A DNA stretch of 64,000 bases, taken from assembly GCA_951406725.2 (NCBI GenBank), contig OX597816.1, positions 40,610,001 through 40,674,000 on the forward strand, in the 5' to 3' direction. This stretch comes from Octopus vulgaris (taxonomy: Eukaryota). Below are positions 27,253 to 40,697 of this stretch, in pieces. Each line of letters opens with the position of its first letter. Within the stretch, counting starts at the first letter, position 1. The notes under the pieces were generated by a model. The model ran no database searches. It worked only from the letters and a program-made list of their open reading frames with translations, and was not told the DNA's origin. The translations under genes were made by a program, and so were the position numbers.

Positions 27253-28489
27253 CTGGGTGGAGAAGCAAAATTTACAATGGACATTAAGTTGTCTTTTCTC
27301 AGCAGGCACTAAGTCAATTGTTTTGAAACCTAGCAAATACTGATGCCGTAATCATACCTAACACTATTACCCTTACCTTTTCAGAAACTTTTGCCCATAT
27401 GAGTAATCAGGAAAGCAAACGTCAAAGAGTGTGTGATTTGCTGAATGCACTCGTCACACCAAAGGATATTTCAAGAATTGTTGGAGTGTCCATAAAGACT
27501 GTTTATAATGTAAAGAATAGAATGACTATGAGCAAAACTATTATGAGGAAGTCTGGAAGTGGAGGAATCAACAAAAACGTACCAAAGCTTTTATTAAAGC
27601 TCTCAAATCCGAAATCCAAAAGGATCCAACCAAATCCGTGAGAAAAATGGCAATTAAACTTGAGGTAGACAACACGACCATTAGAAATGCAGTAAAATAT
27701 GATTTGAGGTTTAAATCTTACACAAGAACACCAAAACACTTGTTGACAGCAGCTATGAAGGAAAAGAGACTGGAAAGGTGCAAGAAAATTATTACAAGGT
27801 TCTAGAAAAAGTCCTCCATTGTAACGATCTTTTCAGATACTGTCGATGCTGTTCTGAACCGCGGAATGACAGATTTATCGCAAAATCAACAGCTGAGGTT
27901 AAGGAGACATTCAAAACAAAACATCCTGCTCAAGTTATGGTTTTTGGTGTTGTGGCTTCCGATAGAAAGAAAGTGCGTATAAAATTCTATAAAGCTGATG
28001 AAAAGATCAACGTTAGTACTTCCTACAAAACACTGGGATACCAGGTATTGCCATGGCTTAAAGCAAACTAACCAGACGGTAATTGTGTATGGACAGAGGA
28101 TGGTGCTCCAGCACTCGCAGCTAGAAAAATACAAGATTTCTGCAAATCCAAGTTTAGCAATTTTTTGGAATCATGTTTATTGCCCCTTTCTAGCCCAGAT
28201 CTAAACCCTCTGGATTATACTATTTGGGGCGTTTTAGAACATGCTACCAATAGAACATCACACAGTAATGTCGACTCTCTTAAAGAAGAATGGGGAAACT
28301 TTATCTCCCGAAAATTTGAGGAACACTTGCGCAAGTTTCAGGAACCGCGTGAAGGCAGTTATTGAGAAAGAAGGAGAACACATAGAATAAAAACATTTTC
28401 TGTTATGTAAATTTTCTTGTGGCAAATAATTGGTCATACAATGTCTTTCAATCCCTGCCTCAAAATATTGTAAATTTTGCTTCCCCACC

Positions 28490-28492
<3 letters not shown>
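27253..28492 (+). mobile_element. Tc1/mariner DD37D (maT) transposon, near full length, frameshifted transposase (~27399-28390)
   Basis: 26-bp TIRs CwGGGTGGrGAAGCAAAATTTACAAT, inserted in (TA)n. Motifs IFSD, VMVFGVV and WTEDGAPA...SSPDLNPLDY, with 37 residues between the 2nd and 3rd Asp. Confidence 0.93.
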
Positions 28493-28549
<57 letters not shown>

Positions 28550-28774
28550 ATGTATATAGAAATACAAATCAAGGCAACGGAAAATATACACATAGAATGT
28601 TGCTAAATCCACTTCGGTTACCGTCCAAAGGTTGGTAGTAATTTCACGCCTTTGATATGTTATTCTCCTTGACGACGAGAAGCCGCTGGTGAATAGAAAG
28701 CAAGCAAATAAGAGACCAAACACGACAGAAAGTGAACATAAACTCTATTACAATACTCGACCCACAGAAGATCC

Positions 28775-29031
28775 GGCTCCTGAAATTAATGTGTGACTGA
28801 TTGAGACCCATGCGTACCTTTGACGTAGTTCTTAATGAGATTCAACGTGACACAGAATGTGACAAGTCTTGTCATTTGATATTACAGCTACAGCACATTT
28901 TCGCCAGGTGAGTGAACTGGAGTCTCATAAAATAAAGTATCTTGCTAAAGGACTCAACGCATCGCCAGAATTCGAGCTCACGACCTTCGGATCGTTAGCC
29001 GAATTTCCTAACCAGTAAGCCACGCGTCTTC
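28775..29031 (-). mobile_element. SINE, family D (CORE-like) head + tail T2, diverged
   Basis: Reverse complement GAAGACGCGTGGCTTACTGGTTAGG...GCAAGATACTTTATTTTATGAGACTCCAGTTCACTC; 3' part resembles the tail of 17305-17685. Confidence 0.7.
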
Positions 29032-29249
29032 ACACACAATGATTGCGACTATTGTAATGATTTGCAAATATGATATGGCATGAAATTTTAACATGGACCC
29101 TTCGTGAACAAGCGTGTATATATGTTTATATATGTATGAGCGTATATATGCACCAGTATGTGCATACTCGCATATACACACATCAACGTGAGTGTGTACA
29201 TGTAACTGTGTTTAGGTATATGTATAAAATAATACATGATAAATGCGCC

Positions 29250-29489
29250 CTTTTAAAGTCTAGCCAGGCTCATGGGCCCGGTTTCCCGGTTTCAATGGCG
29301 TATGTGTTCCCCAGCTAGACGGGACGCCAATCCATCGCAGCGTTACTCATTTTTGCCGGCTGAGTGGACTGGAGCAACGTGAAATGAAGTGTTTTGCTCA
29401 AGAACACAACACATCGCCCAGTCCAGGAATCGAAACCACAATCTTACGATCATGATGCTGACACCCAAACCAGTAAGCCACGGGCCTCC
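29250..29489 (-). mobile_element. SINE, family D head + tail T1
   Basis: Reverse complement GGAGGCCCGTGGCTTACTGG...GTGTTCTTGAGCAAAACACTTCATTTCACGTTGCTCCAGTCCACTCAGC...GAAACCGGGAAACCGGGCCCATGAGCC. Confidence 0.85.
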
Positions 29490-30038
29490 GCACATGTGTG
29501 TATACTTTTCCTTAATTTCTTTCTTGCTCTCCTCCTATCTAAACTTCTCTCTTTCTGATACATCCAACTGCAGTGTATAATATATATTCAGCCTCCGATA
29601 TAATTCTTCATTACTACAGTTTCCTGGAATTTACAGATTACTTCTCGCCAACCTACATATATAATGAGCACAAATTACTTTTCCCTCTTTCTTTTTCTTT
29701 CTATTCCTTTATTTTACCGTCGCCTCCAAACCCCGTTACACCCCAACCTCAAGTGCCGTTATCATAATTTTCCTGCTTTACTGTTTCCTTTTTCTCTCTT
29801 TTCTTTCTCTGGCGACCGCATCTACATACATACATACATACATACACACATACATACATACATACATACATGCATGCATGCATGCATGCATACATACCTA
29901 CATACATACATACATACATACATACATACATGCATACATGCATACATGCATACATACATACATGCATGCATGCATGCATACATACATACATACATACATA
30001 CCTACATACATACCTACATACCTACATACATACATACA

Positions 30039-30069
<31 letters not shown>

Positions 30070-30228
30070 GTGAGTTTGTGTATGTATAATTGAGGATTCC
30101 TGTTTGTGTGTATATATGAACGCATATATATATGTATATGTGTTGGTATGTACATATGTACCATTAGAATATGTGAAACTGAGTAACAGTTTTGTGATGT
30201 TTTTGCAGTTTTATTAAAAATAGTATAT

Positions 30229-30259
<31 letters not shown>

Positions 30260-30363
30260 CACGTGACCGACCAGGCTATCAGATGTTGCTCCACATCGCT
30301 GGTCACAATGTGCTTCGCATTGTTTTAGCCTTCAAATGACGTCACGCTGGCTAAGCAAACAGG

Positions 30364-30448
<85 letters not shown>

Positions 30449-30663
30449 TTGGTGAAATAGAAAGATGAATAATCTTGTTGCAGATTAATCAAAAGTTTAA
30501 CCGTTACCTTGGCAGCAAAAATCACAGCAGAAGAAAGCACGGTTGGAGGTACAACCATATGGTGTTGCAACCGTGCGTTGGTGCGGATAATTGAATTTTA
30601 ATATTATTAGTGAATTGAAGAAATGGAGTTGAACGAAGATTGAACAGAAATCCTTTTATTGCA

Positions 30664-30743
30664 TTCTACACGTGTTTCGAAAGCCACAATTTACCAAATT
30701 CCGATTGAATAAGGAGACCATATTGTGTCTTTCTCTTCAGGAA
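30664..30743 (-). ncRNA. Type I hammerhead ribozyme motif (left arm)
   Basis: Reverse complement of 31556-31635. Confidence 0.8.
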
Positions 30744-31555
30744 GAAATAGGAATTCCGTTGGCAGAACAAAAACGGAACAGAGGCGCAGCAAAACAAATC
30801 GAACGAGGAGGCTCCTAAGAGCCCATGGCCAAACTGTTTATCAATGTATGTTGAAATCGGGTGGTGGGTGCGTTGAAGATATTTACAGGTCAGGCAGCGG
30901 TCAATCCGGTGGGTGAGAGCACGGGGTGCGTAGATGTTCTTTGTGACCGAGACTAAGGTTCTGACTATTTTAAGAATATTAGGTGTATTATATGGGGCGA
31001 GACAAAATCTACTTTGACGACGTGAGGTTTTTTTTGACAAAGCATGATTAGACGAACACACGAACACATAAAATATTTTCTGCCGCCTGACGGATTTTTC
31101 AGCAGTGACCATTGTGTAGCGCTTTTTACCAACTTACGGCCGCGCGATTAAACGAACGCACGAACACATAAAATATTTTCTGCCGCCTGACGGATTTTTC
31201 AGCAGTGACCATTGTGTAGCGCTTTTTACCAACTTACGGCCGCGCACATATGGAACAGTTCATACACACACACACACATGTTTCTAAGTAGATTTTGTCT
31301 CGCCCCATATAATACACCTAATATTCTTAAAATAGTCAGAACCTTAGTCTCGGTCACAAGAACATCTACGCACCCCGTGCTCTCACCCACCGGATTGACT
31401 GCTGCCTGACCTGTAAATATCTTCAACGCACCCACCACCCGATTTCAACATACATTGATAAACAGTTTGGCCATGGGCTCTTAGGAGCCTCCTCGTTCGA
31501 TTTGTTTTGCTGCGCCTCTGTTCTGTTTTTGTTCTGCCAACGGAATTCCTATTTC

Positions 31556-31635
31556 TTCCTGAAGAGAAAGACACAATATGGTCTCCTTATTCAATCGGAA
31601 TTTGGTAAATTGTGGCTTTCGAAACACGTGTAGAA
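31556..31635 (+). ncRNA. Type I hammerhead ribozyme motif with extended stem II
   Basis: UUC-CUGAAGA-GAAAG A CACAAU...AUUGUG G CUUUC-GAAA-CACGU-GUA-GAA; palindromic stem III ACACGUGU. Confidence 0.8.
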
Positions 31636-31743
31636 TGCAATAAAAGGATTTCTGTTCAATCTTCGTTCAACTCCATTTCTTCAATTCACTAATAATATAT
31701 ATGTATATATATATATATATTTATGTATGTATATATACACATT

Positions 31744-31805
<62 letters not shown>

Positions 31806-31840
31806 CATACATACATACATACATACATACATACATACAT

Positions 31841-31884
<44 letters not shown>

Positions 31885-32565
31885 CAGTTGAATAAAGTTA
31901 AAACAATATCTCCTTTTTACGTTTTTTACTATGATATTTAAACAAGAAATTTTTTTACAATGTTGAGTTGTGTTAAACGTTAGAAATATGTTCATACAGT
32001 TTAATTAGCGCTTTCATACATTCGCAGTAATCGTCAGATTTCCAAATGTATTTAACTGACATTTGAATTCTTGACAACTTTAGTAAAATGACTGACTTCT
32101 TCCTTTTTGTACCTCTTAGAAGGCTGCAATAGTCTAAATTTTTGGAATACGGTTTTGACCAAATCACATGCAGTTAAAAACGTCATGATTTGCCGACATT
32201 ACTGGCATAGAGCCCGCCTTTATTTTAACCAAATACCTTGCGGTTTACATGTAATAGTTTTATGAGTGAGCAAACTTAGTTTGGCGGAAGTTTTCTGTAA
32301 TTTGTATTTATTTTCATATGTCACAGATATTTTTTAATCCACATCATTTACTCTTTGTTATATTATTGTTGTTATTTCGTTTCAGAACAGCTTTGAACAT
32401 TTTAACAAGCCGTTTTTCTTTTATCTTTCTTCCAACTTCATTTGTGTGATGTAGTTTGTGGAAAGGAAAAATTAGAAATATCTTCTCATCACATGTTTCT
32501 GTATGTTCGCTCAATGGAATATGGCGAACATTAGTGCTCTGATTTGTTGTCCGTGGACTCGTGAG
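31885..32565 (-). mobile_element. Penelope-like element 3' remnant (GIY-YIG C-terminus + pseudo-LTR)
   Basis: Minus-strand translation ~32561-32375 [61 protein letters not shown] resembles PLE endonuclease ends; followed by a HHR and (TA)n. Confidence 0.75.
32003..32040 (-). ncRNA. Minimal type I hammerhead motif
   Basis: AAU-CUGACGA-U-UAC(UGCGAAU)GUA-U-GAAA-GCG-CUA-AUU; palindromic AGCGCU stem III; U.U mismatch at the base of stem II. Confidence 0.65.
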
Positions 32566-32689
32566 AAAATTGTCGGAAGATAACCAAGACTTTTGTCGGT
32601 AACTACGACTTGTAGAGCTTTTTGTTATTGATAAAAATAATGAGAATGACGAATCCTTGGCGAAAAATTTATAAATAAATAAATAAATA

Positions 32690-33053
<364 letters not shown>

Positions 33054-34655
33054 AACTGAGGAATGAAAGAAAGTTGCACCCATTACATTTGGCAGGACTT
33101 ACAAATATTGTTTAATAACGGTTTTTTTCCGGCCCCATGCAAGTTATAGGTTCGGAGACACGTCTTGTGAACCCTATATGTTATGTCAGGCTCGTACGGT
33201 TCTACGAGCCTGTCGCGTTAGGTTCGTTTGTGCAGCCTACGAAACTAAGTAGCATGGCTCAATGAAACTGTTATCAGACTATGTGAATGTATGTGTGTGT
33301 GTGTGTGAGAGAGAGAGAGAGTGAGTGAGTGAGTGCATATGTATACTTATGTTAACATGGATCATAAAAGATACTGTGATCTCCTAATGGTATCAGCAAA
33401 AAAGACGCTCTTCACTAGACAGTCGTGATTCATCATAAGTATAAAAATAGAAGCAAAAATAAGTAATTTAACGGTTGTTGATCAAACTCTCCTATTCGAT
33501 GTTCATTTAAATCTGCAGAACCTACATTACTCTTCTCTCCTCTTATCTTTTCTCCCTTCATTATCCACTGCCGTCTAAATTTATCTTCTCTTTCTTTCGA
33601 TTCATCTTATACTTTCTTTGTGACGGTATTAAAACTGGCTACACATTATTTCTTCTTATCTTCATGACTAACTTAATTACATCACTCCTCTCAACCTTTT
33701 GTCATTCTCAAATGTGTCTTTCTTTTTCTCTCACTGTCGTCCTAATAAATTCTCTATTAGTCGATCTACACACACACACACACACATACATACACACGCA
33801 TACGCACAGACACACTCAAACACACACGCATACACACACTCAAACACACACGCACATATATGTCTTTCTTCAGTTTACTCTTTTTTTCAAACTCTTGTAA
33901 TCATTCTGTCATAATTATCTTTACATTAATAAAGAGTTTTTCTTTTCAGTTGAAATCTAGGACAAAGCTTTTGAACAAAATTTCATTCGGTTCTCTGATG
34001 GATAGACATCGATGTAAATAACGAAATTATGTTCGACAAATGTCTGTCTATAACCTTACTGACTTCAGGATCGCTACGACGCACAAGAGGCCATTTTGAT
34101 TTGATTAGAGTATTCTTTTGATGGAGACTAACTTCATTAATGCCTCGTCATTTCCTCATCATTTCCTCCACATTTTCACGCCATTTCTATGCTTTAAAAA
34201 GAAAAGTACGTGACTTATTTATGGTAAATATCAATTTTCACATCAGTATATATTTGATACATATTCCTCAAAGAAAGGAAGCAATAAAAAGAAAGACAGA
34301 AAAAAAAAAACCCAAAACAGGAACAACGAGGCCAATAAATCTAAAAAGAAACTAAAAAGTAAGCTGAACATAAAAATATATACAATTTTGGAGGAGAAAA
34401 TGATGAAATTAATGTATCGAATAATTCATAAAGTAACAAAGAATAAAAATATAAAGAACGAAAATCTAATTTCTATATACAGAAACTTAGGTAGACACCC
34501 TTCATACACTTCCGAACAAACATATATATGTATATACACACACACAAAAATAACACGCACACACACAGACATACACATATATATTTAGGCTTATGCGTAT
34601 ATATATATAAGTAGATATGTATAAACGTATGTATATATGTATGCATTATGTAGTT

Positions 34656-34720
<65 letters not shown>

Positions 34721-34891
34721 TTATATGTATGTGTTTGTGTGTGTGCCCGCGTGTGAGTATTTCGTGTTAAGGTTACAAGAAGATGCACCTTACTGGAATA
34801 GAACAAAGCGCTGCATATACCCTTGTGGTAGTATCCGTTTGGCTGGTTTTAGGGCTAGTTAGCTTGCAGTGGCATAGAGTCGTATAATGTA

Positions 34892-35439
34892 TTGGGTTGT
34901 CCGGAAAGTTCGTGCCGATTTATAGTAGCTTATATTTCGACTTATTTTAGAACATGGTTGAGTCCATTAAATATGATTTTATTGCACCTCCATTTAGAGC
35001 ACAGTTTAAGCTATCTTTTCGTGGAAGAAGGTTTATATTCCTATAACCTGTGTTAATTCTGTAACCCTCTAAAATGGAAGATAAGAAAGTTCGTTTTTGG
35101 CACTTGATGTTTTGGGAACACATGCTGCGATGTGTTATCCGACCCTCCATATTCGCCAGATATTGTTCCTTCGGATTTCCACTGATTCAGGTCTCTGCAG
35201 AATAGTCTTAATGGTAAACATTTCAATTCCTTGGATGACTTAAAAGGATACCTTGATTAATTCTTTGCCATGAAACCACCTCAATTCTGGGAAGAGGGTA
35301 TTTTTAAGTTAAAGGGAAAGATGGAGACGCATTGTGTAGCAAAATGATTCATATTTGGTTGATTAAAAATATAATGGCAAGTATTTATTGACCTTTTTCT
35401 TTCCTTTAAAAATCGGCACGAACTTTCCGGACAATCCAA
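34892..35439 (+). mobile_element. 548-bp mariner deletion derivative (same family as 13531-14471)
   Basis: Same TIRs and TA TSD; MEDKKVRF start joined to the PPYSPDIVPSDFH region. Confidence 0.95.
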
Positions 35440-35825
35440 TATAATAATGAAATTATATAAAATAGCCTCAGCTTTCTCTACCGATTACTTTTCCTCCAGT
35501 TCCTTTCTCTTCCTCTCCCTTAACACCACTCTCCGTCTCCCTCCCATTTACATCTCTATAGGTATTCTGTCCATTCTTGCCATGTCTCTCCTCATCTAAT
35601 AGGCGACATAAACTGACCCGATCAACCATAAATGGGGAATCCCATCAACTTGCTCATATCTTCATGTCTAAACTGTGCAATATTTTGCGTACTAGAATGG
35701 AATTTCCATTTTATCTATTGAGTATTATCTGAAACACAAGTATTAAATGTATTCAAAATATCGTTATTTGACTTCATTTTACACACACCCATACACACAT
35801 ATACAGACACATTTGTATATACATA

Positions 35826-35862
35826 GGGCACAGGCGTGGCTGTGTGGTAAGAAGCTTGCTTC
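35826..35862 (+). mobile_element. SINE family A 5' head, interrupted by an insertion
   Basis: GGGCACAGGCGTGGCTGTGTGGTAAGAAGCTTGCTTC matches family A heads. Confidence 0.8.
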
Positions 35863-37326
35863 CGCGCATGCGTCGGTTTATTCCCTGTGTTGATTATTGA
35901 CGAGACATACGGAATTTTGGGAGCTGCTTCGCAGCTGTTTGTCGGTGCGTGCTGTACTAGTGGAAAGGAATGTATTCGGACATTAGCGAGTATGAACTAT
36001 CCTCAGCAGACGAGATGCTCGTTAAGGCGGTAAACAGAATGGACGAACATTTGGAAAGAATAAAGTGTTTTGGTGAGGCTGCAGAGGTAAAGAACAGGGA
36101 AGTGGGCCTAATCGGACTGATGAAGCTGTCAGAGAAGGTGGGCAGTGATGAAAAGTTATTACCTCGAAAAAAGTTATGGTAAATATGGAAAAGAAGACCA
36201 TTACCTATAAAGTGCACTCAGTGGAGAGTAGGAAGGTGGAGTGGATGGAGATGGAAAAAGTAGAAAAAGATCTGAAGGGGCTTTCGAGGTAAGTGAGATA
36301 TATAGCGAAAGGAAACGGATATGGGACGGTGGTTGTCCAGTTTAGGACTGCGGAGGAGGGAAAGAGGCTGGCGAGTACAACTGTAAAAACGGAGGCACTA
36401 GTACTTCTACCCATGTACCTTGGAAGAAAGACTTCAAAGGCAAGGGTAGAATGCATTCCACCTGATATAGAAGTGGCTTGGGTTGCGGCAACCGTCCTCG
36501 TTGGAAGTGAGGAGGAGGTGGCTGTCCTCCAAGCCACAGAGACGTAGGAATGAGGATAAATATTGGAAATTATCATACAAGCGGAGTCGAAGCACTTGAA
36601 AAATTTTTGGGAAACGGTGAGGTTGGGAGAAATAGTATTGAGAGTATGGGTAGAGGGCAGAGTTCCGCGATGCTTTAAATGTGGCCATAAAGGCCACATT
36701 AGAGCACACCGCACTCTACAGAAGAAAACAATAGATGAAACAAAAGATGAACCAGTTGTGGAGACGAGGAGAAAAAAGTGGAAGAAAAGAAAGACGGAAG
36801 AAAGGAGAAAGAATGGATAGTAACAGAGAGAAGTGGAAGAAAAGATCACTGAGTGTGATGTGGTACCCCTGTCAAACTCCATCCCAGCCAAGACCACTCA
36901 GACCCACCCACCCTATGCATACACCAGACCCACTCACTCCGTTAACCCACAGGAAAAAACGAAACGAAAAAAAAAAGACACCACAGAATGTAGAAGACCC
37001 CCTCCCCCGGTGAAAAAGGTTACGAAAGAATGTTGTCATTGAGCGATAGCGTGAGTGGAAATAGAAGGACTAGACTAGAGACTAAAGAAGAATTATGACT
37101 CACAGGCAGCGAGTGGTGTTACGCAGTGAGGTGAGTAGCACACTCTTCATATTTTTATTTTGAGATATCGTGCATGTTATCATAACCTTAATTTACATTC
37201 TCATATCATTTTCATGTCACTCATAGTATCGTATTTTATTTTTACATATTTTTGATTGTTATATGTCACCACATGATTTGTAGTGTCCCCTCTATGTTAT
37301 GCCTTTATGGCAAAAATATTGAAATA
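35863..37326 (+). mobile_element. ORF1-only (gag/zinc-knuckle) non-autonomous L1/Tx1-like retroelement, pseudogenised
   Basis: 14-bp TSD AAGAAGCTTGCTTC (35849-35862 / 37327-37340). Broken ORF ~35970-37140 with VVQFRTAEE, ARVECIPPDI and RVWVEGRVPRCFKCGHKGH; no RT or endonuclease motifs seen. Confidence 0.8.
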
Positions 37327-37555
37327 AAGAAGCTTGCTTCTCCACTACACATGTGCGAGTCAGTGTAGTGTTTGGCACTCAAGCTGTCAAGATGTGCTTT
37401 TGAAGCCGTCTTGAATTGAAGAATTTTGAAACTCCGCTGTAAGGTTAAACTATTATTTTTGGGGTTCAGTCGGGTTTATTGTTTGCGGTAATAATTTATT
37501 TTTGTACAAACAAGTAGTCCTCACTGGATTCTAAACTCTAGTCTGCCTGCAGTGG

Positions 37556-37775
37556 AGTGAATATTTTTTCTCACTTAATTGTGAGAAATTTTGTTTGGAG
37601 GCATATCCCACTTCCAAGTTAGTAGTTCATGTTAAGTGAATATTTTTTCTCACTTAATTGTGAAAATTGTTGATTGGAGGCGTATCGTGCTTCCTAAAAA
37701 TATGTTCACTTTTTGTGAATTTTTAAAATAATTGTGAGAAATGCTGTTTTGGGGGAGTGTCTTTGCCTCCGAAGA
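37556..37775. repeat. ~3 diverged 79-bp tandem monomers
   Basis: GTGAATATTTTTTCTCACTTAATTGTGA recurs at 37557, 37636 and (diverged) 37715. Confidence 0.85.
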
Positions 37776-39984
37776 ATGAACGAGTTGTATACCAGCTTTT
37801 GGGGAAGTTGTGTTCCAGTTTTAGCGTTCCGGGTTCGACCTTGAACGGGAGTACCTAGTGGCCGAAAGATTTTTTGCTGTGTTTTTGAATACAGGCTGCA
37901 GGACCAAGCGGAGGAACTGCTACCTATATAACTTTTAGAGTTTCAAAAGGGGAAATTGGAATTAATCGTTTTATTTCCCCCAGTTACTTGGTATATCGTG
38001 TATTATTCTTGTTCAGGTTATGCATAATGTAAGGAAGAATATTAATTGGTAGCTGCTACTTGGTATTGTGACGCAGCTCGTTTTTCTTGGTGAAGAAGTG
38101 TTGTTGAGTGTGTGTGATCTTTCAGTATGGGATCTAATCAAAGCTTCACACTGACCAAGGTTTTGAGAATTGAATGAAGATAACTCTTGCGCAATATTTT
38201 CGAGATATTTCTTTTTTGGTTGCAATAATAAACACGGTTCTATGAAATTGATTTTCGCTTGACACTTCGCTTGACACTAAGTAGTTGACATTATATTACA
38301 ACAGAAATATTCCAGCATTTTGTCCACAGAGATATGATTGAGATAACCTGCTCTCTAAGAATCTGAATCGTTACGCATAATATATGTATGTTTTGCAGTA
38401 CAACTGGCTAGTTAACGAAACACATCTTTACCGACTAGCTCATTTTCCTTAGTCGGAAGAAGAATACTTTTACTTGTAATAATTTGTCATAGATTGACTG
38501 TCTTCTACTAAGTCAGCATTTTATTGCTACATGAAATGCTGACAAAAGTATGGTTAGTTGTAACGGTTACATTTAGCTACATTTCGGATATAAATTAATG
38601 CTGAATAAAATCTAATATTTGTGCTATAATATATTCAACGCCCTCATGCAGATTACATTGCGTAGCTGAATTATCTTTCTAATTGTGCGTCGTTAGTATT
38701 TCATCTGAAATTGTACAGCAGTATAGAAAGTTTAAGCAATATGCGTGAAGAATATCTTTAATAATTACAACTCATATTATTGGATTGAAGTACACTAATA
38801 ATAATTGATATTTGACATAGTCATATTACGAAACAAACCAGGCTACTCTGTTTGCGCGTGACTATAAAAAGCGGCAGAAATATATTTTCAAATTCTACAC
38901 TGCCTCAGTGATAGAAGGGCTATATTCAATAATATCGCACTGCATGTCCGTATAATACAGGAGAGTCATTGATGGAATACTTGTGATCAAAAGTCTGTTT
39001 CACCAGTGACCACATAGTGCTAAACACCACGACCAGAGCTACCATCACCAGATCTAATAACACCAACAATAGTTACAACAACATTGATAACAAACTACAC
39101 CATTTCATAACCGTTGGGAAGGAAGATAATTTTTAAGAGTTTCATTATATATAAAATATCAAGTTACAAATATATCAGTTTTAAATTTTAGCACAAAGCC
39201 AGCAATATCGAGGGAGAGGGCTATTGATTATAGTGGCTCTAGTGTTCAACCAATACTTACTTTAGTGTATTTTTTGCTATTTTCATTAACTTCCAAGATA
39301 CATAACGATCAATAGCAAAATGTATTTACAGCTAAGGACTTCAAATTCATGGCAAGATTTCCAGAAACAATGTTTCTGTAAATCTGGAAATGACTGTACT
39401 TATAGAATTTTCTCTTGCGTAGTAAATACCATTACTGATAAATAACAGCAATTATCGTCGAACCGAAAACTCTCTGCAAAATTAAAATCTAAACGAGAAT
39501 TTTAATTAGTTTTTCTTCCCAGTGTAATTGATATACAATTTGATTCATATTATATCTTCTCAAATCTATATTTCTGCTTTCAATCAGCATTTACATCTTA
39601 GCTCTGTTTTAATTATAACGTTGTATTTAATTGTTTTCAAAGCACATGATCTGAAATTTACAAAACTAAAAGTGTGAAATATAAATCTATAGTTAGCCCC
39701 CTTTATTTTAGGATCTTATAACTTTTCTATAACTTTTCTAGTTAAAAAGAAAATTACAAAAATCGATTTTTTAACATAAATTTTTGTTAACATATGGGCA
39801 AAGAATGGGCTGTGTGGTGAAGTGGCTCGCTTTGTAACTGCGAGGTTTCAGGCTCTACCCTATTGCGCTGCATCTTGAGCCATTGATTTCTACTGTAACT
39901 ACGATCCGATCAATGCTTTAGGTGTGAATTTGGTTGACGGGAAGCGGCGTCCGAAGACAATCGGGCGAATACAATCTCCATTCA

Positions 39985-40697
39985 TACATTCAAGTATTTG
40001 AACTCACGTGGCACTAGAAAATAGCCTCGGCTTTCTCATCACATATTACCATGATAGAGACCCCAACCCGTAGTGTTGAAGTCTGCGTTGCAACTGATTC
40101 GTTTTGCGTCGAAATCATAGCATAATTTTAATACGGAGCAAATAATTCACGAGAAAAAGATAATTCACGGAAAAATAATTTGCGAAGATACCATTGACTC
40201 TGTTATTATCTAGTGTAAAAATTATGATTTTATGAATTATTTTTTTTCTCGGGAATTATTTGCTCCGAATTGAAATTATTTTCACACTAGTGGCAGCTAT
40301 GATTTCGGCACAAAACGAATCAGTTACAGCGCAGACTTCAACAAGACGGATTGGGAATCTCTATCAAGGTAACACCTGGTGATGAAGCTGAAGCTATTTG
40401 CCAGTGCCACGTGAGTCGAAATACTTGAATGTACGCTAGACTTCGGACGGGAGATTATCAGTATATTTCGGCGATTTAAATCGGAGTTTTGACTGTTATT
40501 TCCTGCAGGTGGATATACTTAGTATGTCCTTTGATTAATTTTAATCCTTCAGCTATTTAATGGTTTTTGGGAGGCCTGCAACCGCCTATATTATTGATTC
40601 TGTTATTATCATTTTAGAATTATTACACTAGATAATAATGGTATCTTTGCAAATTATTTTGTCGTGAATTATATTTTTCTTGTGAATTATTTGCTCT

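Larger units (their letters stand above)
30601..31698. mobile_element. ~414-bp near-perfect inverted repeat (PLE pseudo-LTR-like) with an internal 2x100-bp tandem
   Basis: Arms 30601-31014 and 31286-31698 differ at about 3 positions; tandem at 31046-31145 / 31146-31245; right arm ends in (TA)n. Confidence 0.92.

Noticed and set aside
36205-36897. 230-aa minus-strand ORF
   Set aside because: Antisense shadow of the purine-rich ORF1 pseudogene on the plus strand.
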